Source: Phoronis australis (taxonomy: Eukaryota; Animalia; Phoronida). Taken from it: a stretch of DNA of 64,000 nt. The notes under the pieces are model-generated. The model was not told where the DNA came from, ran no database searches, and saw nothing but the letters and a program-made list of their open reading frames with translations. Made by a program: the position numbers and the translations under genes. Shown in pieces: positions 1-11,300 of this stretch (position 1 is its first letter; the number at the start of each line of letters is the position of its first letter). The stretch is taken from positions 378,985-442,984 of the forward strand of contig NMRA01000008.1 in assembly GCA_002633005.1 (NCBI GenBank). Direction: 5' to 3'.

Positions 1-473
1 TTTTTTCAAAAATTTCCGCCAGACCACACCCCAAGTTCACGGTAGTTCACAAATCATATATCCTTTCGTCCCAAATGGGTTGGCAGGTATGAAACTACAA
101 TACACTTTATTTTATCAATCGAAAAGTATATCAGTTGAGCACTTCCAACACAATCATCGCCTGTACTCCTTCCACGTCCACGAGCAGCGGTCAAGGGGCA
201 TGCGCAATGATATTTCACTTTTAACAAATTAAAGTGGATTGCACTTTATTCTGGCATTATCAAACAGCAGATAAGTTGGGCTATCAATTTAGGCAAAACA
301 TTTAGGCATAATAGAATGACATAACCACAGAGTGAAGACATGAAAATAAGTGGATGAAACTAAACTTACTTGGGGCTTGTATTTTCAACCAGTGTCTTTT
401 GCCTCTGTTCGAGCAGGTGTAACAGTTCAGTATTGACAGTAAAACTTTCACTGACTTTGTAATTAGACCTCTT

Positions 474-600
474 CGGCACAGGTTGGATATAGCGGTCCCT
501 GATTTTGAGAACTACGTTTCATCCTATTGAATAACGGGCCAGTTATTCAGTGGTTGTCTAGTTCTCAAAATCACGGACCGCTATAGTCCGACCAGCGCCG
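474..600. repeat. ~127-bp imperfect palindrome (MITE-like foldback)
   Basis: tatagcggtccctgattttgagaacta pairs with tagttctcaaaatcacggaccgctata (1 mismatch); inner tgaataac/gttattca; outer cggc..ccg. Confidence 0.75.
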
Positions 601-906
601 TCCTTTTCCCCTTTTTAACTGTAACACCGAACTACGCTAAACGTTGAATATCGGTCCCTTGAGCTGACAGTGCCAGCGTCTCAGCTGGCCCCTGTACAGC
701 CAGTCGACACGGTGGCACCATCGACAGACAGTCGGAAGACAGTGAGGCCGTGAGGAGGTGCGTGAAAGATTCCCACACGTGTTGGTGTTTGTATGGCAGC
801 TGTACGAATAATTCAAAATGTTCAAAGAAATTAACAATATCAGACTACTGTATTCTACTAGTTCCACTCAAAGAAAGTTCTGGCTGTAAAAGTTAACGAC
901 ACTTAC

Positions 907-1260
907 CATGCAAATCAGCGGCGCAAAACGATAAGCCTTATGATTTCCCGGGAACGATTTGAACGAAAACCACATTCACAAAGCGTGGGTTTACACTGCC
1001 ATCTATTGAGTAATGTGCTACACCAAATTTCCACCTCGCAGTCTCCGCCAGTCCGCAAAAGCCTAGTGGCTAGCACAACACAGATATCCCGGAGCCGAAA
1101 ACAGGCATCCGCATCTTCAAAACAGCAAACCAGCTCGAAAAACACAAAACCCGAACTTAAAAACAAGAACCCTGGGATCGGGCTGGACACTCGGGGACAG
1201 AAACACCACTCCCGCACTCTCTGCAAAACACTGTTCATCTCAAGTGTGAATGCTTTGAGT
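907..1260 (-). other. Possible first exon (5' UTR ending ATG|gtaagt) of a gene running off the left edge
   Basis: CpG-richer segment ending in a perfect donor at 906-901; second gtaagt donor at 369; no recognisable protein. Confidence 0.3.
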
Positions 1261-1783
1261 TAAAAAATTAACAGGGAAGTAAAAAATGCACTGAAATCCA
1301 TTCACACTCGTTTTAGTAGAGAATTCGGTAGGGCAGATTTGATATTCCTGGCTTTCAATGTAAGCCTATGACTTAATTGTTCAGATTCTCCAAGTTTGCA
1401 TTTTACCCTAAAATCACAATTTTGAACCCTAAAATCACAAATCACAAATATGAGTTGTGAGCTAAACTTTGTACAAAACGGGGTACGATGATTTCCCTTG
1501 CTCTTTCACCTTGAAAGACGGATGAAAGTGTCCGTGTTAGAGACTGCCGACTAATTGGTTAATTGGTATGGAGCTTTTGTAGGCCTAACTGAAAAATCGT
1601 TATCTTTTGTGGAGTGAGAAATGTTACCCTCATTCCGTTGGATCCCATAAACCCTGACATTTTCAAAAGGGTTCTAGGATAGTTGTGAGTCTTCAATCCA
1701 TTATAACCATGTTTTTCGTAACTGCAGGGGGGCAGGGTACAACATGTTTTCGAAGAACCCATTTGCTGACTGGAGACCCATCC

Positions 1784-2098
1784 CAGGGGCGGATCCAGGA
1801 TTTTGAGTTAGGGGGGACAGGGCACAGGAATAACCAGAATTTCGCCTCATGCGCGCCCCCAACCTAAAATATAGGCATGTAGGGGGTCTCGAATTTTTGG
1901 GTTTTGGACCTTATTACTAAAAAACGGGGTTTGCTTAAGGCCTATGCATAGTGTGCATTCGCCCCCCCTTTCCGAGCCCCCCTGGGTGCGCGCATATGCT
2001 AGTCAACAATTCTCGCACCCCGAACTGCCAGATGGAATCTAGGAGAATTTTAGGGGGGGCATGGCCCCCTTGACCCCTCTCCCCCAAATCCACCACTG
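1784..2098. mobile_element. hAT-like MITE, CAGGGGCGGATCC family
   Basis: TIR CAGGGGCGGATCC..AATCCACCACTG; flanks CATCC/CATCG; close relative at ~51889-52170. Confidence 0.75.
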
Positions 2099-4960
2099 CA
2101 TCGGAATTAGGCCTATACATGTACGCAAACTATTTGAGTATACCTATCTCTGAAAGCTATGCTTTGGATATTCGTGTGTATATAAACGTTTCTACCACTA
2201 TTACAACACCCGGGGCCGTTTGGACCCACAGATAGGAATAGACAGCACAGTCACATAAGCATTTCAAAAATTCTGCAGGTCTTGAATTCTTCCATTTCAG
2301 AGAACTACAGGGGCAATTTAGTACTTGAAAATTTTCAAACAATAATTAGTTTGGATTGATGTGTCCCGACAACCGTTACCACCATTGTATGTTCCCGAAC
2401 GTCGAATCTCTAGCTTAATTTCCATACGGTTATTCACTATAGTGAGTCCATAGCTGGGTAATAATTTTGAAGTGCTTAGCAATTTACAGCGCTACGTAAA
2501 TCTGAACTAATTATTATAATTGTCATTGTTTTTAATTTTGACGTTTTTAAAATAGACTTTTCAAAAACTCTGCGTTACATTTCATTGGGTCTAAAACGTC
2601 AAAATGACGTGATACTGAACAAGCAGTGGAAGGGTCGTACAGTGTGTCCAGACGTATGTTCATTTGAACAGTAGTGTGTTGTGTGTATACTATTTAACCA
2701 CTTAAGTTGTTTTTTTATTGGAAGCTGTTGTCGTTTTCATCGTGAATGTAAATAGTTCAAGTCGTGAAACTTGTGTACTTAATACATTATTAGTGTAGTT
2801 TATGATTCCTCATTTTAAAACCAAAGTTGCCGTACTCTCATCACATGCATAATTACTGACCATCAAAGTCAGGTTTTATTTCAGCATTTTTGTCTAGGGC
2901 GCACAAACTATGTCAAACAATTTGGTGTTGATTGAATTGTTTTGTCAATTTAAAGCTCCATTTCGCAGATGAATAAAAAACGAAAATCAAATTAGCCCTT
3001 TTACTCTTGTTGAAATGGGTTTCACAATATTCCATAATGTAATAAGTCATTTCCGTTACCATTTAATTATAGCCACAGGCAATTCATACATGGGCCATTT
3101 CCAGTTATTTTTTGCGATTCCTCGAATGTAAGAGCTAGCTAATTTTTTAAGGTCCATTTGGGTTTCTGGCGAACCCTTTTCAGACCGCAATTTTTCTGTG
3201 CTGGGTGCTGCCCCACCCACGGTCTATGGGCGGTGCACCACGGGGGGCCAGGGGGCTGCAGCCCCCCACTTTTTTCATTGCTGCGTCGTCCATGACTAGC
3301 TCAATTTTCTTGCATACCGTTATTGAGATTTTTGGAAGTTTCTGGAGGGCACAATCCAGAGCGTGTTTTGTTTGTCGTCAGCCACTTAGTGGGCAGTGGT
3401 TTTATTGGGGGATATGGGATTGTTTAACTGAGTTTGTGGTACTTTGAATTTCATATCTATAATATCTTAGGTTACAGTCCCGTGCGCCTATATGTCTGGA
3501 CTCATGCGCTTTTCACGGATTCTGTTCGACACCTCGAGAAATGAGCATTAAACCGGTAACTTGTATTTGGCAGATGTGATGAACGAGGCCGGTGCCAACC
3601 TATAGGAGAACCTACAGCCCACCTCAGTAACAGAAATGGCCGGATATGCCGTGGTCACGGTCCCTGGGGATCTTACAAGGGGGGTAAATAAATAAGCTAT
3701 TTGTCAACTGACTCAAAATGAACAATTGTGCCCCAGTGCCGCACCCGGTCATGCCAGACAAATTGCGCTCTGGACGGAAAGGGTGCACTAGAAACCCATA
3801 AGATCCCCCTGATCTGGCGGCAAATTCAAATTGTGAATGTCTTCCATGATGTCAGAAGGGCGGAGTGTGCAAGCAGTTAATCATACAGTAGTCCTATTAG
3901 TAAGAATAAAAGATTGGCATGAACAGGCCATTGATTTCAGAAAAATGAAAGAGCCAACATACAAATAAATGTTATATTTATGAATTTCCAGTTACAATAA
4001 CAGGTGGTAATATCAAATAATGAGTATGTACAAATGGGAATGACTTTTTGTAATATTTGTATAGCAACAGGTGTCGCCGTGACAAACGACAGCAAATCTC
4101 TCATAACGCACCTGGTCTGTCAGTGGAAACTTAACGCCACCAGGTGGTGTGTGTAGGCGTGAAATCGAATGTTATCCGCCAAACAAAGGTATGTGGTTCC
4201 TTGAGGAATTTCCACGGACCCGAAAATGAGGAGAGGTTTTTCCGGGTCGGTATATCACGACTAAAACGCGTTATGTTCTACTAAGACAAACTGGAGAGTC
4301 ACACAGGCTTGAAAGCAATGCAACTCAAACATACACTGCAATAAAATATGATAATGTTATAAACTCGGAATGTTGACAATACATTTATCAATATATAAAT
4401 TTCATTTAAAGAGTCATTAAAGAAATGATTTCTTAAAAAAAAAAAAAAAAATTGGTTTAGGACACTCACCATTATATTCATTACTCAGTTTGCAAGTGAT
4501 CTCTTGGCAGTGGAAGAACTCAGTTTGTTATTTAACCTCAACCCTGAATCCCACAAAATTTCAGCTAGGTCATGTTACCTGAATTTCATGAGCTTGGTCT
4601 GAACTGTCAGTCTTTTGAAGCCCGACATCACCTCCAACTTTATTAAAGAAAAATTTGAAGTCGATTCTATTACATAAGTGACCCAAATCAAAAGTTGGTC
4701 TTAGGACAGAAAGCGGTGCGACTGCTTTAATACATAAAATGTGGAAATGAAACAATTTACTCGCAAGAAGCTTCCTATGGATGGAATCAATGGATATTCC
4801 ATTCTGTCCATGGCTTTGCCATGTGTCAGAAACACTAAGTAAAAAAATGATTTCACTTGTTTTCGAATTATGTCCACGCTGGCTCAAGATTTCGTCCATA
4901 TTACACTCACGAGTTTATGCCCACTGCAAAGTCTGATTGGATTTCTGTATTCAACCAATG

Positions 4961-5088
4961 GTTCCGATGGCTCAGCGGACTAGAGCGTCTGCACAGTTAG
5001 CAGAAGGTCCCGGGTTTGAGTTCTGGTCAGGGCAGAGATCTTTTCAGACTTATAAAGTGTTCATTAGGTCACGTGATGTGACCAACAA
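4961..5088 (+). mobile_element. tRNA-derived SINE
   Basis: A-box TGGCTCAGCGG, B-box-like GGTTTGAGTTC; foldable cloverleaf with non-canonical anticodon and T loops; tail ggtcacgtgatgtgaccaa shared with copies at 12066-12330 and 12479-12592. Confidence 0.7.
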
Positions 5089-5133
5089 GTAGCGTGCGTG
5101 TTCGCGATTGATTACAACAAAAATTGGCAATAT

Positions 5134-5372
5134 TTATTCTGCATCCTTCTTGGTATTGCACTGGTACACTCTGATGATATCTTTGATAGGTGCCCTACAG
5201 ATGGGGCACCTGGCACCCCTCCCCTGGAGATTGATACCACAGGTGTAACAGGTACAGAGGTGTCCACATTGATACAGCACTGCATCTGCCGAACTGTCAA
5301 GGCAGATTAGACAGTTTGTGTCACTGACCGGCCTGGTTTGGACGCGAGCAACAGGTGGTGCTGCAGCTTGGG
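5134..5372 (-). CDS. RING gene exon 6, RING finger and stop
   Basis: Acceptor ccttccag; C3HC4 spacing; TAA at 5136-5134 overlaps an AATAAA. Confidence 0.93.
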
Positions 5373-8300
5373 CTGGAAGGAAAAACAATTTATTACAATA
5401 AGATGTCTCAAAAACTAGAGCTGTGTAGATTCTAATGAATGACGCACCGAGCTGAGAGGGCGAAGCAGAATTTCTTTCATACATGGACATTTTGAGATGC
5501 TGAACATTTCTGTGAGAATATCTTGACACACAAGACAGGCAATTTCACGGCACGATGATTGCAAAGAATTTATAAAAAACAGCTTAAATCCACAAAAGAA
5601 ACCTCAACGCTTTCCATCAACTACAGTCCCTACCACCATCCATGGACAAGGCGTGTTTCATCATGTTACCGCTTAATCAAAAAATACCTATTGAGCTTAT
5701 CTGCTCAAAACAGCCTATACGCCGACAAAAATAGTAATCGCTAAAATTATGATTTTCATTTTTCAAAGGCAGATGTAGCATAAACAATCATAAATTTACT
5801 TCGCATTGTTTGTCGATTGGCAGGAGGAGAGAACATACAATAAAATCCTAGTGAAGTAAAATTTCCTTATTTATATAATATATTTTTAATTTAAGTAGTT
5901 GGACTCGAGTTAAAAAAATCCCGTGTAACTCTTTTTTATCTTTCATTTTTACTTTTAGTTGTAATTTTCATATCTTTACTTTTACCTTTTTTGTTAATTT
6001 TTATGTTAATCACAAAACTTCAATAAACAAAAACTTCACCCTACTTGCATGCAGCTCTTGAGGCACCGATTGTTGGTGGATCCAAGGAGGGGGGCTTGAC
6101 AAAAATAAAAAAGAATAGCAAGTGCTGTTAGCACACCAAAACAACGCCTCTGCTAGAGTAACCTCCCTTCAATAAAATCGAAGATCCGCCCCTGCGCATG
6201 AAAGCATTTCAAGAAACTTACCACCAGCCTGGCTCATGGCTGCCGCAACCTCCTGGCGAATGGCACGCTGTATGTCCATTTGCATAGTGAAACTCAGTTG
6301 CATCATATTACGTAGCTCAGCAAGTTGTGACTTGACTGCTTGCATCTCCCTGTTCAGGGCAAGATTACTCTGAAAAAATAAAGGAACAAGAAATTCATTA
6401 CACAGATAATGCCTGTGTGGCTGCAAACCTGGGGCAAGGCGGAAGTAATTATCAGCTACGATTACATTACATTCGGGTCTTCTTTTGCGCCCGGTATTCG
6501 CATTAGCTGTTCATTGTCATGCATAATTACAACTTCTGCCTTACCCTAGTAATGATCGAATATGTGTGTATGTGGACGGTCCTCTTAAAAGTAGGGTAAG
6601 TTGCATCAGTGCAAATTGTTCTAAGGTAGGCTGTATGTGGACGGGACTCTGGACTCAAGTGTATTGATTTCTTAAGAAATGGCCTTGGTTATTGAAATAC
6701 TGACATATAATCATAATATATTCTACAACTTACCTGGGCATACGGTATGGCTGATGCACTAACAATGGATATATTATCCAAGTTATCTTGTCCAGGTGCT
6801 TGAATACCCAGGTGGGAGAAATCATTTCGTTGGATATGCTGGGTACGGGGCAACTCTTGTAATGTATCCAGTACTGCCTGACCATTAGTTCCAGTTCTAG
6901 ACAAATGATCCTGGAAAGAAAAATTATGCCAAAAGACTGATGTTGATTCCCCAACAACAGGCAGTTTGGTCAACAAGAAAACTTAACTCCTCACCAACAG
7001 CCATCACAACAACTCTCAAAATAATTGAGAGTACCGGTAGCTGTGATTGCTGTACAGGGAGGCCAATGATCTTAATAGAAAGATAAGAAAGTCGATTCAC
7101 ATAAGAAAAGAGAGGTCACCCACGAACTGTGACAACTGAGGGCGGATATAAACTCAGGGCAACATACAACAACTTTCTGTGTGCAGCACCACATAGTCTA
7201 CACAGAAGAAGACATCAAAAATTTCTGCAGGCACTTAAAGTTTTTTGGATGGAAAAAAATAATTTCCCTGTGTCAGTTGTTATTCACCGTCCTCATGAAA
7301 CTGTTTGAAGGACTCTCAAAATAGGTGGATTAAACTGAGTTGCGTTACTGTGCAATTAACTTGTAAAGGCGAATTCCATTTAAACAGGAGCTATGGTAAA
7401 ATTTTACCAAATTTGGACTCATAGGGCAAATCTTACATTAACAGGATTTTCACGCAAGTGGACAAGAAAGCATGCACTGTTACCCCCAAAGTATCCAGCA
7501 ATGCTTCAGCATGTCAAGGGCTTGATGGCGCCGTCACGGATTGAAGTGAGCCAATTTGCTATGCACAGGCTCGGGCTGAATGTGTTGGATGAGATAATTG
7601 TGGTCGTAAACCAATATGCCTATTTAGCGTAGGAGTTTCAAAGTTAAAAAGTGAACAATAAGTTGGCCAAAGGCAAACGACCAACATGAATGTTTTTAAC
7701 ATTGAGAAGTAAACAGTAGCTGTCTTTGAATTTTAAAAATTAATGCATTATAAGAGAAATTAGCGAACAAGTTTTCTTCAACATCACGGCTAAGCCACCA
7801 CAAGCAATAATATGTGAATCGATTAGGATGGGTTAGCCACAGTCTGGCACAGGCTCGCTTGGCGTTGGGGTAACAAAACCTTAGATGTTAGTGAAGGAGT
7901 GGTCTCATGAAAAACAATTGCCAAATTTGCCCGTTTTCATTTTTCAAAGTCTTCAAATACTGTTGTGAACGCCCACAATTTCATAAAACATTGTCTCTTG
8001 CTATGGTATAGAACTTTAAAATGAGAAAACATTTCTTTGGTGCTATAGGATTCAGAATCCATAATAAAAAATACAGGAGGGGGTCAGGGGTGCCTGGTCT
8101 CCCCCAATGGGCACAACCAAAAAAATTATGCTGGCACGCAAAGCCACTATAGGGTTTGCCATGAAATTATCCTTCAGAAATTGCAGAGCTCCCCCTCGAT
8201 GTCCGCCAGTCTACAATACCAGGTATGGAGATTAAAATACAACATGGGCTGATAATGTACACAGTCTACAACATGACTCAGTGAGAGGATAAAGATCAAA

Positions 8301-11300
8301 CAATCTGTTGCTGATATGTGAACACACCTCAGGTGTACATTATACTATTTTCAGATATGACTCATGCTCATCACCAAAGTAATCACAAGCCTGAGTCTCA
8401 CTTACTATTTTGAATAATTGATTCATAGCTGAATGACACAAAACTATGAAGGATATAAAGGAGAATGATTTGATTTTAAAAATTTCCAGTCGAAATGCAA
8501 CTAGATGTTGTGCAGGGGCAGATCTATGTTTTTAGTAAAGGGGGGGGTTAGCTAGGATTCGCGAGAATCCGAGGCGCGTAGCACCGAGCGGAGGGAAGGG
8601 GTTTCCCCCTCCCATGCAAGATTTTTTTTTGGTTTTTAATAGCTGATTTCGTTTTCGTGACATTTTTTAAAACTTTTATTTTTGATCCTGTCCCGAGATT
8701 TGGTTGAACCCCTGAACAACCCCCCCCACCCCTCCCCGTAGATCAACCTCTGTTGTGGAATATCCCAGATCAAGTCCATCAACACGCCGCGAGGCGGGAG
8801 GTGTCCGGCAATGGTTGTAAATGGGGATCTCCAGTTAATTCTTTCGTTACTACGGAATGACCATATTGTTGCATGCCAATATTATCACTTTTATTACTTG
8901 GCGGAATTATTTTTTTGGTTGCACTCTACAGGTCGCAATTTTCGTCCGATTTTCATGAAATTTGCACACGACGTGTAGATCAAAAAGTCCTGGAAGCCTA
9001 TTGTTTTTGGTCATGATCAGATAAAAAATGGCGGACGTGGCGGCCATTTTGTATCCGATTTTACACTCAAATGCTCGTAAAGGCCGCATTTTTCAACGTA
9101 GATGGCTGAAAATCGGTACGATTATACTAGAACACAGGTGCTACAAGTGTGCAGAAAATTGTTGACTTCCGGTCAAAGATGGCGGAAATATGGGAAGAAG
9201 CGCATGCGGGCGCATTTGCGAACCAATCACTTTCAAACTGGTCAGGTGTTTAATAAGCTTTTATAAAAGTTTATTGAACCGGAAGTCACTTTCAATATGG
9301 CGGCTGTGGTGCATGTTCACACGGTTTCAATCGTTCTGCTGTCGCGTTTTTAACTCTAAGAGCAAATGACGTGAATTTTTGCATGTGGATTCCTTTAAGT
9401 ATGGCCGTTCAGAAAGTCTGCGATGGCGTACTTCTCAGACTTACCGTTTTCGAGTTATTTGACTTTGAATTTCAAAAAAAAATGGCAAATTTTCAATTTT
9501 TTCGAAATTTTTAAAAATTTTTGCCAAACTATCACTTTAGATAGAGTTTTGAACGGGCTTTCTATTTTGCGCTACGTCTGCTTTTTGAATTATTCGAGAT
9601 TTTCAGATACCGTTGTTCCTTTGGTCACATATGCAGGCACGCAGCTGGCTGGCTTTCAGTTCACTTTGTTTTAGTTATGCCTAGTTGACCCCGACTGACC
9701 CAGCCAGCACTGTCCTACTGTAGACTGGAATTCCACGTCAAATATTGTAAACATAACTTTGCTCTGCAGACTGTCACATAGCGCCACCTATTTTGGAATG
9801 TGGGAACAAAGCATGGCTCATCCGTCATGTTACGCCATCTATTGTACTTTATTGTAGTTGATTGTATGCTCTCTATTTGATTTCTTCGCTAGTCACATGA
9901 ATGTTATCGTGTTATTCATGACTGCCGCCTTCATCATCATGATTGTCGTCGTCCTCCCTATCGTCGTCTTTTCGATTAATTCCGCCAAGTGTCGCTCCTC
10001 TGAGCGCTCTCGGTAAATATTTGGGGATTTAGATTGGTGTTTGAAATTTTAAGCATGAAAATACTAGATTTTTCATTTTTGAGCACGTATGGCAAAAAAT
10101 ATACTGCAATCTACACTAGAAAATTGAAAAAATGCAATCTCATACTTTGCTATCAGTGAAATCACTCTTCCAAGAGATTAAGTATTTCCTTTTCATATGA
10201 GGTGGCGTAATTAGTCACTACTGGATGTAGGGGACCAATCACGATACTTATGGGTCAGGCATTATAGCTCGTTCTTTCACCCTGTTTTCATCCACCAATC
10301 CAATTCATTATCTTACCTGCATGCGCAGTTCCAGCACAGCCCGAAAGTTTCCTTCCAAGGTGGAGGTCACCAGTTGACGATGAACCAGGTCACTGATTTC
10401 TGCAATCATGTTTTCTCTAGCAACATCTTCCCCCACTTGAAAGATAGGGGGTTCTTCTAAATGTTGGCTGAAATGGTTATCAATATGAGTTAAAACTGGT
10501 AATTAAAATTTTGCTTGAAGATCAACCTTTCCATATAAAAGCAAATAACACAGTTTTGCCACAACTGGTTTACAATTGCACCACTTATTTTTGCATCTTG
10601 AAAACCATGATGATAAGCAAATCTTAAGTGGACAATAATTATTTTTTCACCATATCAAAAAATTAATGGGATCATTTAATTATGAAGCATTTTCAAAATA
10701 ATTTGTAAAAAGCATACAATTCACAGGATAGAACTAAAACCCTGACCTATGTTGCCATGTTGGTGTTATTAGATAGTGCTTTTAATACAGTAATTCTTCA
10801 CTTATTTAGCCAACAATATGGCCGACAAGTGAAATTCTATTTTGCTGAATTTCTCAATAAAAGCAAACATTAAGGACATTTCAGTCTTTTACTAGCATGA
10901 TCTGCAATGTGTAGATGTCATTAAAACAACATTTGCTAAAGTTCGCATCATTTGCAAAAAGGTAATCAACCACTGAAAAATGAAAAATTCACGATTTTTG
11001 AAATTCCATCAAGAAATACGCGGACAATTACCAAGTGTTATTGTTACACTTACCTTTCTGCCACAGCTTGCTGAAGCCATGGTTGAGGTACACTGTTAAA
11101 TGCAAGTGGCACCATTGGTGGCGGAGGAGGTGCTGGCACCTCATGAGGTGCAGAGGCCGCATGCTGCCCATCACTTGACCGGGAGGAATGACTGGTGGCT
11201 GTGCTTCTGCTGCTGACACTAGGTGTCCTTACTGTCCTCGCTGGAATGAGGTTACTGAGTGCACTGGCATTAGAGCCACTGTGGTCTCTGGGAGCAACAA

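Noticed and set aside
915-1263. Overlapping 107-aa ORFs on both strands
   Set aside because: No recognisable domain; more consistent with a GC-richer UTR/promoter region
4961-5035. Functional tRNA gene
   Set aside because: Non-canonical anticodon loop (no U33), TTTGA T-loop, acceptor mismatch, and a 3' tail shared with other copies indicate a SINE
5134-5372. Calling the RING gene neuralized or an IAP
   Set aside because: No NHR or BIR domain in the assembled 477-aa protein
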